A model generated the notes under the pieces. That model was not told the DNA's origin. It was given only the letters and a program-made list of their open reading frames with translations, and did no database searches. This document shows, in pieces, positions 10,150-25,100 of a stretch of DNA of 64,000 bases. Each line of letters starts with the position of its first letter. The stretch's first letter is position 1. Source of the stretch: Lepidodermella squamata (lineage: Eukaryota > Animalia > Gastrotricha); contig JBLDXI010000029.1 in assembly GCA_047495785.1 (NCBI GenBank), forward strand, positions 3,348,001 through 3,412,000. Reading direction: 5' to 3'. A program made the position numbers and the translations under genes.

Positions 10150-13100
10150 ATGTGGCGAAATTTTGTGATTTTCCTATGTTGCTTCGACGTAGTATGGACG
10201 CAACTGGACCCGGCTAACCTGCTGGTCTATTGGCCGATGAATAAGCAATTCGGCCGGAACCCGACCAGTTCAGACGCGAGTTTAGCCCTGGCGACTAGCA
10301 ACTCGTCGGGGCTGCCTTTAATAACAGGTCCTTACTTCGGTAACGGAGCTTTTGAGACGAAATCAACGACAAGTTCGATCATTAATTTCAAGCTACCTTC
10401 AAAAGTTGTGTCGGATTCTAGCCAGCCTATTACAATATCAGCAATCGTTCAGATAAACAAAGGCGAGCGGTTTTTCGACTGTAACATGGATTCTGATGAC
10501 ACGCAAATGTGGGTCGGGCGGCATAGTTCGACTAATCAGCGGATGCAGTACTCGTCTGGCTCATCGTCGAGCCCGGCTGGTAGAACGATCAACTTTGATG
10601 ACAGCGATTGCCAGCTTGGCGGCAGTTGGGGCCTGGTTGGCATCACGTGGGATCCGGCTAATAAATATGTCTCCATGTTTTGCAAATCTTCGTTAGGATC
10701 TCAGCAGAGCTATGTCAGCTATGCGACAACAGGCACTTGCAGTCTTGGTGTCATAAGGTAAGCAAGCTGTGGTTAAATTGGGCCTAACCAGGTGAAATAA
10801 ACCGAAAATTACCGACCCAGTTACCATCGGGATTTTCTTCGGTAAACAGAGTACCGGGGGGTACGGGGGTACTGTACCCCCCACCTCCAGAGGTCAAGGC
10901 AAGGAAACCCCAAAAGGGGGACCCTTTGCCGATAAAGCGCCAAATATACCCGAAAAACCGATGGTTTGGTGATTTTCGGTATTTTACACCGGAAACAAGT
11001 AAATTCTGATATTTATCCGACCTACGATAGTAACCGATTTCAGTAACATTTGTTATTTGTTATTTATTTTCTTTTACTCAGGGCATCGGCTTCCTGGCTA
11101 CCAGACTATCCAACATCGTCGCAGTACGCTTGTTTGTCGGTCTTCAACGAGGCTGTCGACAGTGTCGATGATCTGACGTATCTGAGCTCGCTGTGCAGAA
11201 CCATGCAACAGTTGTGCCCTTCGCAGAACTGCCTACCCGAAACTTGCCGGTTCAACGGAACTGGCTACAGCTGCACCTGCGACCCATTGTGGGCCGGATC
11301 TTGGGACTGCACTGTCGGTAAGTCCAATCCACCGTCTACTTCTTTTCATTCCTAAAATAGAGCCGAGTAAGGTTGGTGAGGCTGGTCAAAACCATCTTTT
11401 TCAAGGTTAAAAGCTCAGAAGATTATAAAATTTTAACCAAAGAATCTTAGTCTATATCACTTGGGCCATCTGAATTTCTGAATTTCTGAATAACATTCTG
11501 AATTTCTTTTTCTAGCTCAATGCGTACCAGCTTGCCAAAACGGCGGAACTTGCACGTCAGGAACTTGCTCGTTAGTTTTTTCAAGCGATTTGGCCTTAAA
11601 AATGCTTCTTGATTTTCTTTATCATCTCCTATGCAGATGCCGTAGCGGATGGACAGGGGCACAATGTCAGACGTTCACCTGTAGCCCAACATGCCAGAAT
11701 GGCGGAACTTGCACGGGACCTAACACTTGCACCTGCGCGTAAAACGAAAGAATCGATTGTTATATTTTCCCTCATGAATTTCATGATTTAGAACTGGTTG
11801 GTCAAATGCAACTTGCACAACCCCAATTTGCACGAATGCTTGCCAAAACGGTGGAACGTGTACAGCCCCGAACAATTGCACGTAAGCCTCGATCATTTTT
11901 TGCATATCATATGCTATTTTTTCGATGATAACGAATCCAGATGTACGACACAATACGAAGGCCCAACATGCACAGCTCGTGAGTATTCATATCTAATTGG
12001 AGTAGGGAGTGAAAGTTCTAACTTTAACAGCTCGCTGCGTTCCATCGTGCAAAAATGGAGGAACGTGTCCAGCTCCTGCGAGTGCTTGTCAATGCACGTA
12101 AGTAATGACCTACACTTAAGTCCTCAGCAATTGAAATTCTCCTCAAAACTTTAAGCAATGACTACTCAGGCAATGACTGCAGCCAAGGTATGAGTTTATC
12201 TAAAATCCCTATATGAATTCTACAAAGATTTTGTTCCGATCGAAACTCAGCTGTCTGCAATCCGGTATGAGTATGTGAAAATTAGAAAATTTCGATAACT
12301 TCCTTCGTTTAGGTTTGCCAAAATGGAGGAAACTGCACAGGTAACATAGACTTTGAGCGTTTTTTTCCGAAATTGATTTAATTTTTTTTCAACAGCTCCC
12401 AATGTTTGCACGTAAGTCAAGATTTTATGTATGTTAGCGGTGGCTATCCGAGGGTTTTCAAGTTGCCCAACGAATCTATGGAACGGTACGGCTTGCACAT
12501 CGCCCCTCTGCGTTCCAGGGTGCCAAAATGGCGGCAGCTGCGTATCAGGAGGCGTTTGTGCTTGCAAGTAAGTTTTGACCTCGTTCAGAGCCCTAAAATT
12601 CGGCTTTCATCAATTCTAGTACTGGAACAACTGGGAACCGGTGTCAGAACTTTATCTGTACCCCACCTTGTGTAAATGGCTACTGTGGAGTCGGGGCGAT
12701 GTGCTATTGCGATTTTGGTTATGCCGGAACGCTTTGTGACCTAGGTAAATGTCTTTTACGAGAAAATTCGAACTAATCAAGAATGCTTTCGAAATGTCAA
12801 TTTTTTCCAATTTTTCATTTTCATACAAAGCTTACAATTCATTATCTAGATTATTGCACGACGCAATGTGAAAATGGAGGTGTTTGTAAGGCCGGCTATT
12901 GCAAATGCCCAGCCCCATGGACCGGAGCCACTTGCACGACAGAATTCTGCACACCAGCCTGCGAAAATGGCGGTACATGCAAAGACCAAGAATGCCAATG
13001 CCGTCCTGCATTCACCGGGCCGACTTGCAACATTAGTAAGCCTCGCAAGCCTATCAATAATTAATGAAACGATTCTTGTTCCAAAGCGTGCCCTGATCCG

Positions 13101-16100
13101 TGTAGAAATGGCGGAACGTGCGTGGCGGCTCAATGCGTTTGCCCAGCTGGCTGGACTGGAAGCGATTGCTCGATCAGTTTGTGCCCGGCCAACTTCTGTA
13201 CGAACGGTGGAGCTTGCTCGGGTAAAATTGCCGTTGGATTTTTCTTTGATTTTTCAAAAAAACCTTCAAACAGATCTGAACTGGTGCTCGTGCCCAGATC
13301 GTTGGACCGGAGCTAACTGTTCCGTCCCGAACTGTAACCCAGCCTGTGTATCCGGGGTGTGTATCAACAACGGGACAGCCAGTGTCTGCACCTGTAAACC
13401 ATTATGGCAGGGTTCTTACTGTCAGATTCCTATTTGCAACCCAACGTGCTCAAATGGAGGAATTTGTCAGAAACCGGGCGGAAATTCGTGCTACTGTCCT
13501 AATCAATGGACAGGACAAACTTGCACGCTACCCGTTCTGCAAATCTATGCTGGAAGTTCGGCTTTCACCCCGGATGGGTCCACAGTTTGGAATTCAAGTT
13601 TGGCCTAATATCCTACTTCAAATAAAACCCTGTTATTGTGTTTTGTAGAGAAAATGGTCAGTACTTTCGTCCCTGAAACTGTCGATTCTTCATGTGAGTA
13701 ACTTCCGAGTTTCCTTGATGCAAATTTCATTCTAAATTATCAGATTTGTCCACTCAAACGTGCTGTCCATGCGGCTCATTGCTGATTGATGGGAAATGCA
13801 TTTTTATTAAAGCTCTAAATGATTCCTTGCAAGTTTAAGGTGGATTAAACCTATCTCATTCTGAAGTTGATCTTCGATCAGGTATCTGGAAAATCCAGTT
13901 ATATTTGATGACGCAGTGGCTGAATGCGTCAAATATGGTAAGTATAGGGTGACTAAATCGGTTATCAAATCTAGCCCGATATTTTGCACATTGTTAAGGT
14001 GGAACTTTGGCAACTTTCGAATCAGGAAATGCTCAGAGAAATCTGGCGACGTTCTTCTCGTGGCTTTCTTCGGATTCAAACATAAAACTGGCGAAATGGC
14101 CCGTTGATTTCTGGGGCACACCCGATGACATCTGCGTTTGGCTTGGGATTTTTCAGGATAAGGTAAACAACAAGTGGTACTGGGAAGGCAACCCGCCAGT
14201 TGAGGTTCCGAGCTCACTTTGGGTCAAATTTCAAGACACGAGTTCCAACACTTTGGCCTGCGTAGTCCCGGTGGGATTTCTTCAGTATATTTAGGATCCA
14301 CCTTATTTCAATATTTCCAAAGCATCGAGTAAGGCCTATGCTCCGAGCAGCCTCTACAACTGATACCTATCCAGTTCTTTGTCAAATTTCCCAACCTTGC
14401 TCCCAGCAATGCAAACTAGGTGATGTCAAGATTTTCGATCGCTGTTATTCGAAAGGAGCTGGGACGCCTGTAGATCGTTTGGTTGCTAGCCAGTCTTGTG
14501 AGGCTCGTGGCGGGAAGTTAACAGCCGTGAATCAGCAATTTGATGTATCGTATTGGTCGAACGGCCTCTACGATCCAGATGTAGAGAATTTCGACAACGG
14601 ATGGATAGGCTACAACCACCTTAAATGTAAATTTGAGTATTTATTAATGGCTTTGAGCTTTGAGCAACATTTGCTTCTTCTATAGCTGATTACGTGTGGG
14701 ATACCGATGGCAGGGCTCTGCAGTCGCCGCTCGACACTCGTTGGGACATTATGTCGAATGCTCCGTCGAATCAAGTAACAAACAAATGCACGATGGCGAC
14801 TGGTAGAGGCTGGGTTGATGTCCCGTGTACCGAGAACAATGTTTCACCGGCTAACATTGCCTGTCAGGGTCCTGTAGTGACCGCTAGCCAGCAGGTGAGA
14901 CATCTTTGATTTCCCTCAAGTTCCCCTCGAGTTCGAACCTCTATTGAATCTCGAATTTCTAGCCATCAACCCCAGCCCCACCTACTACCACAGCAGCTAG
15001 CACGTCTACAGGACAGCCGACTACAACCTGGCCGAGCTATTGCATAGCATCGAAATGCGATGGCACACGTAAGAACCTAAGTTAGAGTTAAACCTTTGTA
15101 TGAGCAATATCGATTCAGCACCTTGTCCCGATGGATACACCTACAACTCGTGCTACGACAGGTCTGATTTTCCCTAATAACCAATTTAAAAAAATGCAAC
15201 TTACTCTTTTACAGCTGCTACAAAGTCAGGTGAGTAATTTTAACATTTCATCAATAAAAACCGCTAATTGGCATGCTCAGTAATTCGAGGACGTGGTACG
15301 ATTCGGCACTATGGGACTGCATGAACCGGAACGACCCTAACTACAGAAGTGCCACTCTTTTTGTCCCGAATTCGAGGGAGGAGCTTGCAGATGTCATGAG
15401 AATGCCAGGAGTTTCAACCTCGGACGATTATTGGATTGGATTAGTCGTAAGTTTTATAGGAATATAGCAGGAAATATATCGCTGAAAAACTTGTTTTTAC
15501 AGGATTTTGGAAGGTTTGCTCCTTTTGAACTCTGATTAATGAGGAAATTTATTTTGGTTCAGGAGTTTTGGTCCCTATAACCCTACAATAGGAATCTCAG
15601 ACCCGGGTAAGGATTCCTTTCGCGTCGCTTTAATCATATTGAGCTTTTCTATCTTTAAAAGATGGTTCATGGATGTCGCTGGATGATACTATGACAATTG
15701 GACCACCTTTCACAGCGAAAACTGCGACTCAATTTGTGAATTCGAACTATTCATGGCTTACGTTCGCCATGAATCCAACCTTGAACATCGGAAATGATGC
15801 AGCATTTCTAGATTTCACTGAAAACCAGTGGGCGGTTAGCCTAGCTGTACGAACAGCTTCAAATAACCAAAAGTCCTACATTTGTGAAGTAATTTCGCTT
15901 GGTACATCTAACTTCTAGAAATATTTCTTTTCACAGTTTTCATCAGCGTGCAAATTGTGTCCTGGAGGTAGGAGTTTCAGTTGTTATTAGCCGATTAGTA
16001 AATCCTATGCAATTTTATAGGCTGGCGAAAATACCTTGACCAGTGTTTTGCTTATAATTCAAATGGCTACAATGCAGATGGGGCCAAAGCAGCTTGCAGA

Positions 16101-19100
16101 AGTTTGGACTCAGATGCTGCTTTGATGAGACCGCGAACACCGGGTATCTTTCAGTTCGGCCGCTGGATTACCGAGGAACTCGGTTTCACGGCTTGGATGG
16201 GCCTAGTCTACAAAGGTCCATCTGCCTTTGGATGGGAGGTGGGCTTGATCTGCTAAATATAATCTAAATAAAATCAGTGTTTACGGACAGGATACTGGCC
16301 AGAATCTTGACGGAACAAGCCAGGCTAGATTTTATTATGCGGCATCAACCGATACTTCTCGGTCGCAATTTGCGTGGCATCCCTACTATCTATGGGTGAA
16401 TTACTACCCGTCGAGTTATTTGAATATGATATGTCAAATGGGTTGGCAATCTGTTTTCACTGCAACGACTACGACATCCACGACTTCTACGACAACGACG
16501 TCATGCCGTGTAAAATTCATGGCTACCAACATGATTTATGTTAATTTTAAATGGAATTATAGGATCGATGCTGCCCGTGTGGTTTTAAATTCATCCAGAA
16601 CCTGAACAAGTGCCTCATGTTCGTCAATATCTGGTACGTTGGGTGTAAATGTAACGATGAGTCGAAAAATGACATTTCCAATAGGCGATCCCGATCGGTA
16701 GCTATTCAGGAATGCATGACACAAGGAGCAACTCTTGTTTCCATCAGTTCGGCCCCTGAATTGCAGAACGTTATTTTTGACTCAGGATTCTCTGGGTCCT
16801 ATTATTGGACATCTCTCACGAGAAGTAAGATTAACCGAACTTTCAAGTTTTATTCCTACATTTTCCCGATAAGATCAATACGGCGTCTGGTCTTGGCCTG
16901 ATGGTTCGGTGCCGACCAGTGCTGTAATTGGAAACTTGGGTTCTGCTAACGACTGCTACGGGGCGTTTGTCACCAAATCTCCAGCAGGGGTGTATTCAGT
17001 TTGCGGTTACGACTACACCACCCAGCCTGTTAATCCTACGCTGAATATGACATTGATTTCCCCCAGTGCGAGTCACCTTGCTTTTTACATCTGCGAAATC
17101 GCAAACCCTTGCTCAAGTGAGTGTTAAGTTGATTTCTAGTTATGTGGATTGGAATTTTGTCTATATAGGTTGTCGGAATCCGAATTTTGAGGCCGGTCTA
17201 TCGCTGTATGCTAATAATACCGGGTTCAATCTACCCCTCCGAGTTGCACCTAACAAGTGCGTTTGGATCTTCAACAACACATCTACGGATCGGGCTACCA
17301 ATGTTAAAGCTTGCAAAGCGGCAGGCCTGGACCCTCTCGCGTTGACTAATCGCTACGAGAATGAAGTTGTTGAACGATTTCTTACGGCTTCAAGTCGCAG
17401 AATATGGACTGATCTTATTCTAGGGGATACAAGTTTGTTCTCTTGTTCCCAAGTTCCAACTCTTGGATAAGAGGATCTAAGAGGGTCCAATTGGGGACAT
17501 CAGGAAAAAAATGGGAAAATAAATGTTTAAACTGGATTTTTCAAATTCGATTTTTCGGATTTTGATACTTGAAATGTTCTTTGCTCACTTTCAATTTAAA
17601 TTTTTAGCACCTTACTCTTGGGATGGCGAAAGTGGCTCCTACAGTCGACTCTCAGCTGCACCGACAAATACCTGGCAACAACCTTGCGCTTTCATCGAGA
17701 AGAACACTTCGAAGATTACCGTTGATGCTTGCGTGAACCCTCGCTATCCCATCTGCTCGATTCCTTCAGCCGCATCTTGCGCCGATATGTGCCCAAGGGG
17801 TTTCATTTGGATCACAGCTGGAAAAATTGGCGGAACTTGTATCAGAGTTGTATTGAAGTAAGCTTTCTTTCGAAACTTTACTTCCTTTAAAGAGATTTTG
17901 TGAAGTGAAACCGCGAATACGCCACTTCAAGCTAGGAAGCGATGTTTCGAGATGTTTGGAACCTACAACTTACTTTCAATGAATAACGAGAAAACACAAA
18001 CGGAAGTTGCGAGCTACCTTAAGAATATTTCGGCAGTTCATGGAACTGACTTTTGGATCGGGCTTGACAACAGTTTTACGAAAATAGGCGGCGTGCTGTA
18101 TGTCCGATATCCCACCGATCCTGACAGTAGTAAGTATATTCAAACATTGCCGTATCCCATTTGCTAACCGGTTTCGCTATAGAATGGATTTGGGACAATG
18201 GAGACCCGGCTTTCCCGCCTTTGGCAAAGTTATGGAAAGCCGGCCAGCCGGATAACAACAACGGATTTGCTTTCATTGACTACGACGCGAACACGCCATC
18301 AGTTCCACTTGCAACCCTCCACGAGTCTCAAACCTCTTGGAAGTATTTCATCTGCGAAAGGACCCAGCCGTGCTTGACTTGCGAACCCGATTGGGTCTAC
18401 TTCAACGGCCGCTGCTTTCGCAACTTCAAATACACCTCGCCCATTTATCAAAACCAAGTGCGAGGTTTATGCGACTTCTACGGGGCTTACACGGCTACGA
18501 TGAATTCTGGCGTTAAGGACCTCTTCATCCGGAACTTGATCGGGAGGACGACCAACAATGGCTATACTGTTTACATATCTCTATACCGCTCTAGAACGCC
18601 TCTGGTTGCAGGAGGGAATACGCCTCTCTGTATGTTGATGTTCAGCTTGAGTTTGGCGAGGAAATTGAACAATTTTATGATAGCTTGGTTTCATTGGGAT
18701 GATGGAACAACAATGGCCGATACCCAGTATGGCCGTCTAAGCGATACTGAGCCAGATATGGGTGGGCAGGGTATTAATTCGAATTACGAATCAGGCTTCG
18801 GTCTTATCCTATGGGGTGACGGAGGTCCTTGGGTCGATCTACCTTACACTGTCGGAACGCTGGATAGCATTTGCGAAAAAGATGCCTTCACGTATTTGTA
18901 TCCGTGCCCAAAAGGTGTGATAGACAATTACATTTAAATTTTGAAGTAAATTCTGCATTTTAAGTTGGTTCTGGACCATCCGCTTGTGGCGACTCCCTAA
19001 TGACATCGGTCTATGTCAATGCTACAACAGGCTTCAACGCCAGCTCGGCTACTACAGCTAATCCACCTCAAGGCATGATTACAACTGGCGGTGCTTGGAT

Positions 19101-22100
19101 ACCTGTTTTATCAGATAACACCCCATGGCTTAGGGTAAGGATTCCGATCTTGAGCGGTCAATTCGTAATTCCAAGTTTTTAAAGGTGAAATTTAATTCCC
19201 CTGTCTACATTCGGGCGGTGAATCTAGCAGGTGGCTTGGCTACAGCTGGAATTGTGACAAATTACCGTCTGCAGTACAAATCAGTTTCGACAGCTACAAC
19301 CTGGGAAGATTTCTACGTTCATCGTGCGATTGCATACTTCAGTAAAACCAGCCCGTTATACTTTGCCGGTCCAGCCCAGGCTTCGGTGAAAAGCAATCAG
19401 GAGATTTGCCCCAGGGTCCCCGCTAGTGACGTCCTATTCACCTCTGCAGCATGGGTAGGAAGACCTGCCGTTAGGCTCGATTTCAGAGGATGCGACTTAA
19501 CTGATCAAGGTAAATCAAGTTCAATAGTTATTCAAAATTACCTATTCAAAATGTAGTGAGCACCTATTGTGATTGCTGGAGCGAACTTCTGCTCCATTCA
19601 GAAGTTTTCGGATGGTGGAGTGCTGCCACCCTAAGGACATTCCCATTTCTCCCCGAAACGATTCTCGCTGATTCGTTTGAATCGACATCAAGTAACGGAG
19701 CTCCCCTACTTCGAGAGGATCAGTTCAATGGCAAACTAGTACCAGATGGTTGGTTACCTAAGGTGGCCGACAGCACAAATTTCTGGCAGGTACGATTCAG
19801 AGTTCTCAGGGTAATCACTGGACTTGTTATGACTGGCCGGAAAGTCTCTGGCGAGACAAATTACATAACTGCCTACTACATAAAATGGTCAACTTCTGGC
19901 CATGAACATACATTCAACGACTATTTAAGTTCAGATGGAAACCCTAAGGTGAGACATTGTAAAGCTATTCGATCTTCTACTTGAAAATTTCCGAACAGCT
20001 TTTCGCCGGTTTATTAAACCAAGCTGCGAGTGTTCAGCAAACGTTTTGCCCGCCTATCAAGGCCCTGGCCGTTAGAATTGTCCCAAGCGGGTATATCAAC
20101 AAGCCAGGGATGGTATTGGAAATGTTTGGATGTGCCGCCCGGGGTAGACGGTGCTTTGATTGCTGCGACGAAACCAAGGGTTGCCAATGCTTCTGCCCGG
20201 TCGGTTACTCCGGATCAACATGTAGCACGCCGAGTTCTGACTTTATCATCGAATCTGAGGCACCGATCTGCGAATCTACCGATATCCTTCCCATGGTCCT
20301 CACTAGCCGATGGGGCGGTAAGGGCATTCTTGCTTCCTCGGCTCTGGACGAGGCTAGATACGCTGTTTTCGGCCAAGACCCCCTCAGAGCTTGGATTCCT
20401 ACAAACAGCGATACGAGACCCTTTATTGAGGCCGATTTTGGCCGAGTCATGTCAATAAGCATGATTCAGGTAGCTGGGAACCAGAATGGTACGACTCGAA
20501 CCTACGCTGTTTGGTTCAAAGTTCCGAACAAAGGCGATAACATGTTTTACCCGATTTTGACGACTCAAACTGACTCATCGTCTCCAATACTCCCAATACC
20601 AGGAGCTCGGGATGGTAATGTGGCGAACTATATTCCCTACAGATTCTGCCCGAATATACGGACCAACGCTTTGAGAATTCAGCCTATGGCGAGCATTGGG
20701 CAGAAGGCGATGAGGTTGAGGGTGTTTGGATGCCCCCCGCATGCACCCTGCTCTACTTGTTGCACAAATGCCGAGGGCTGTACCTGCAAATGCCCGATCG
20801 GTTATAAGACCAATTTTCAATCTTCGACAGCCGTGAATCCTTGGGAACATTGCGGTTAGTTTTCAAATTGAATTCTGATTCTAACTTAACTGATTTTGAA
20901 CAGAACAATGGCAATTCCAGCCCATCGATTGTGAAGATCTTGCCCTCCATCAGCCGAACCTTCCGAGTGGGGTCTATACCATATACCCACCCGGAATCGC
21001 CCCGAGGCAAGTCTATTGTGAAATGAAGGACTACGGAGGTGGCTGGACTATCATTCAACAAAGAATCGATAACACGCAAGATTTCTATCAAAATTGGGCG
21101 GCTTACAAGGCTGGTTTTGGCCAACTTACAGCCAACTTCTGGCTGGGAAATGAAGCTATTTTCCAACTCACAAACGGGTTGAATACTTATACAATAATGT
21201 TCGAGTTGACTGCTTTCGATGACGAGCTCGCCATCGCTAGCTACAACAGTTTCCGAATTGAAAATGAAGCGAATCGGTACACACTACGTCTCGGCAACTA
21301 CATTTGTGGAAAGGCTGGTAAAGATTTTCGTAACTTAATCATCGCTGATATATAGTGATAAATTTTTATTTAAGGCGACTCATTTTCGTATCAAAACAAT
21401 ATGGGATTTCAAACAAAAGACAATCAAGGCGGTTCGTATTGCGTCTCAAGTTTCAACGGCGCGTGGTGGCATAACGCTTGCCATCAAAGGTAAGTCTGGA
21501 ATAATTTTTGAAAGCAGTTGAGATGTTGCCTCCCCATAGCAACCTTAATGGGCTGTATGGATCGAAGACGTTTGGGGTAGGTATCAACTGGATGACGTTC
21601 AAAGGCTACTACGAGTCGAATAAAGCTACTCGAATGATGATTCGACGCTCGCCATTCCTCTACTCGTTACCACGTAAGGATTCTGGTATAGGATGTCTCT
21701 TCTAACTTGAAGATTTTTCTCAGCCTTTCTACCAACATATACTTACCCAACCGATTGCCAAGATATCCTACAGAATGACCCGCTCTCTGGTTCGGGAGTC
21801 TATCGAATCTACCCCGCTGAGACCCCTCTATCGACTGTAGTAACCGTTTACTGCGATATGGCTGCCCTGGGAGGTGGCTGGACCTCAATTTCTCGAAATT
21901 TCGACTCGACCGGTAACTTCAGCCAAAACTGGGCAGCCTACGCTAAGGGCTTTGGTGACCCAAGCGGGAATTACTACCTCGGAAACGAAGCCATCTCTCA
22001 AATGACGAATTTCCAAAAGTCAAACCTACCCTACAATCTTGCTGTTGTGCTTGAGGATTCAAGTGGCGACAAACGTACGGCTTACTACACAAATTTCTAC

Positions 22101-25100
22101 CTAGGCGATGCCACCGCGAATTACCAGCTAAATTTTGCCAGCTACGTAACAAATGATATGGATCTACCAGGTATGAAATGGCTTTAATGAAAATTAAGCT
22201 GTATTAAGGAGGATCTCTCTAAATCAAGGTGATAGCTTGACTGCTCATAAATCGCAAAAATTCAAGACTATCGATAAGCAAAACAATGACATGTGCCCAC
22301 AAAGTCGCAGCGGTGGGTGGTTTTTCAATCAAAACCTGTACGCAGAAAACAGTGGCTACTGCCTCGAGGCGAATCCCCATGGTCGATATGGGAACAACGA
22401 CTTCGAAATGGGTCTCAACTGGGTGACCTGGAAAGGTCGTTACGAATCACTGAAATCGATGATTCTTATGGTGAAACGGCCCAGTAAGCGCTACCATTTG
22501 GCTACATTTTCGGTTATACTAGTGATTTTTTCAGACGAAAAACCAATCGATTGCCAACATTTGCTGACCCAAATCGGCGGGACAGCTACGGATAAGGCTT
22601 ATTGGGTATACCCATTTAGACAACCACCTCTTTTCGTATCCTGCCAAATGAGTGCAGATATCAATGGAGTCACTGGTTGGACGGTACCTCGACCACCAAT
22701 TCAACCAACTTTAAAGCCTAAAAACCTTTGTTTTTCAAGCTTATTCAGCGGAGGAAGACCAATAATATCGACTTCACCAAGACGTGGGCTCAATACAAGG
22801 TAGGTTTTGGAAACGGGGGCGCATCTGGTTCGGATTTCTGGATAGGTAAACGTCAAATTGGAAAAATAAAAACAGAATAATTTTGAATCCCTAGGAAATG
22901 ATGTCCTGAATGTTTTGACGACAACGGCATCTTACATGCTAAGGATAACGGTTGTAGCTCAAAATGGGTCATCGTTCTGGGCCCAGTACAACCATTTCAG
23001 GATTCTGAGCGAAAGTGATGGCTATCGCTTGCAAGTTTGGGCATATTGGCCGAATAGTACTCTCCGTAAGTCTTGAAGTTCAACAACTAGCCTCTAATTA
23101 ATCTATCGAATTCCAGCCGAGGCTTTTAACTGGCACCATGGCAATACGTTCTCCACCATTGACCGTGGTAATACGGCTTGCGCAAATTCCTACAAAGGCG
23201 GCTGGTGGTACCGTAGCAGTGAATGCTACCGAGTCAATTTAAATGGGCAGCTAAATTCGCCGACTAATTCATCAATTATGTGGATCACGTTATCGAATAC
23301 ATCAAGTTTGACTGAAGTAACCATGGCGATAAGGCGTAGATGTAAGTAGGAAACTTGTGGTTATGCTCTTAGTTGAAAGTTCTACTTACTCTAGCGACTA
23401 TCGAAGTCCTCAATACTGCATCAATCCAACAGTGTGGCTCGAGTTATGTTCTTCAACACACTTGCAGCCATCCGAACACTGCCGCCGGTGAGGGAGATTC
23501 GATTCGAATGCCAGTCCCAAGATACGGAGTTGGGGTTTTCACTGGGACCGACTACAAGTGTGTCTCGCAAGCCCAACCTCAAGATTGCTCCTATTATCAA
23601 GCTGCGGCAACTGGAAGCGCTAAATTTTTCTCAACAACTTACAACAACTTATACAGCTCCGTTGGCGGTAAATTTTGGGATTTTTCCTGAAATTGTCCTA
23701 AAATTTGATTTTTCAGGAGCTTTCAGCGCTTATTGCGATATGGAAACTATGGCTGGAGGTTGGACGTTGATACAAAAGAGGATTGACAACCGGCAAACCT
23801 TCGCACAGGACGCATCCGGGTATCAAACTCCATTCGGGGCCTACAAGCAAAACTTCTGGCTTGGAAACGCGATGATTCAAGCTGTAACATCCGCCGCTGT
23901 ATACGAGCTCCTAGTTGAGATGCAGGATAGCAATCTCAACTATGCCTTTGCTTACTATACCTACTTCTATACGACTAGTTCGATGAACACCCTTAAAATC
24001 AGTGGCTATCAAAGCTGCTCAACTGCAGGGGATTCCCTAACGATCTTGAATGGGAAATGGTTCCTGGTACGTTTCGGTTTCTACCCTATTTCAGACCTGG
24101 ATTGAGCTTTAATTTCCAGGTTGATGACTGCAGTACAGGTGGCTGGTGGAGGAGCGCGACCTGCCAATGGCCGAGTGGCACTTCGAACCTCAACGCGGCC
24201 TATGGCACGCAATCCTCCTGCGAGCGAGGGATCTTCTGGTGGACGTACAACAACAATTACTGCCCATCACTGACAATGACACAAATGAAGATTCGAACGC
24301 GATCAACGCGAATTCGTTACGTTAAGGCGGCGAACTTTTCTTGTCCGAGTGCTCCAGTCGCTAGCGTTACAGCGGCTACTTCAGACGCTTGTACAGCTCA
24401 ATGCTCGTCAAAGTGGAATTGTGCCGTCGCGAATTATATCGCAGCAACCCAAACTTGCACGCTTCATTCGCAATACTGTGTCCCAGGCGATGGTATCGGC
24501 TTTGTAACCAACAATACCGATACTTACTTCCGAATGGATGATTGTGACAGTGTTTCACCGAGTTGCGGACCACCTCCCTCTATGGTAAGCAATTTCGAAA
24601 ATCGAATTAAATTTTGCTTGAAATTTGTTTTAGGATGGAACGACGCAAGAAATCATCAATATGCCGACCAGTTTGACAGTCCGATACAAATGCTTGCTTG
24701 GTTACATAAACGCTGCCTGGAATGGCGATAATACAACGCTAACATGTAATGCGTGAACCAAATCCGAAGTCCTGCTTGGTAAATTGAGAAAATTCGATTT
24801 TTAGGTAACCAGACCACTCGCCGCTGGGTTGGGCGTTTCTTGGACTGTCGAACACTGTGCGGCGTGTATCCTGATATAGATAACGCCCAACTGCAGCCCG
24901 ACGTCACGATTGTCGACGGAACTTTGACGTTGTACTACAAATGTAACCAAGATTACGAATGGGTTTCAGGAGATTTGACCCGAACTTGCGGTATTTTACC
25001 TTATTCCAACCTTTGAACCTTCTCTATACCTATATTTAAAGCCCCGCCATATGCCGGTTTTCAAGGCGAACCTTTGAACTGTACATCGACTAGGTGCTCC

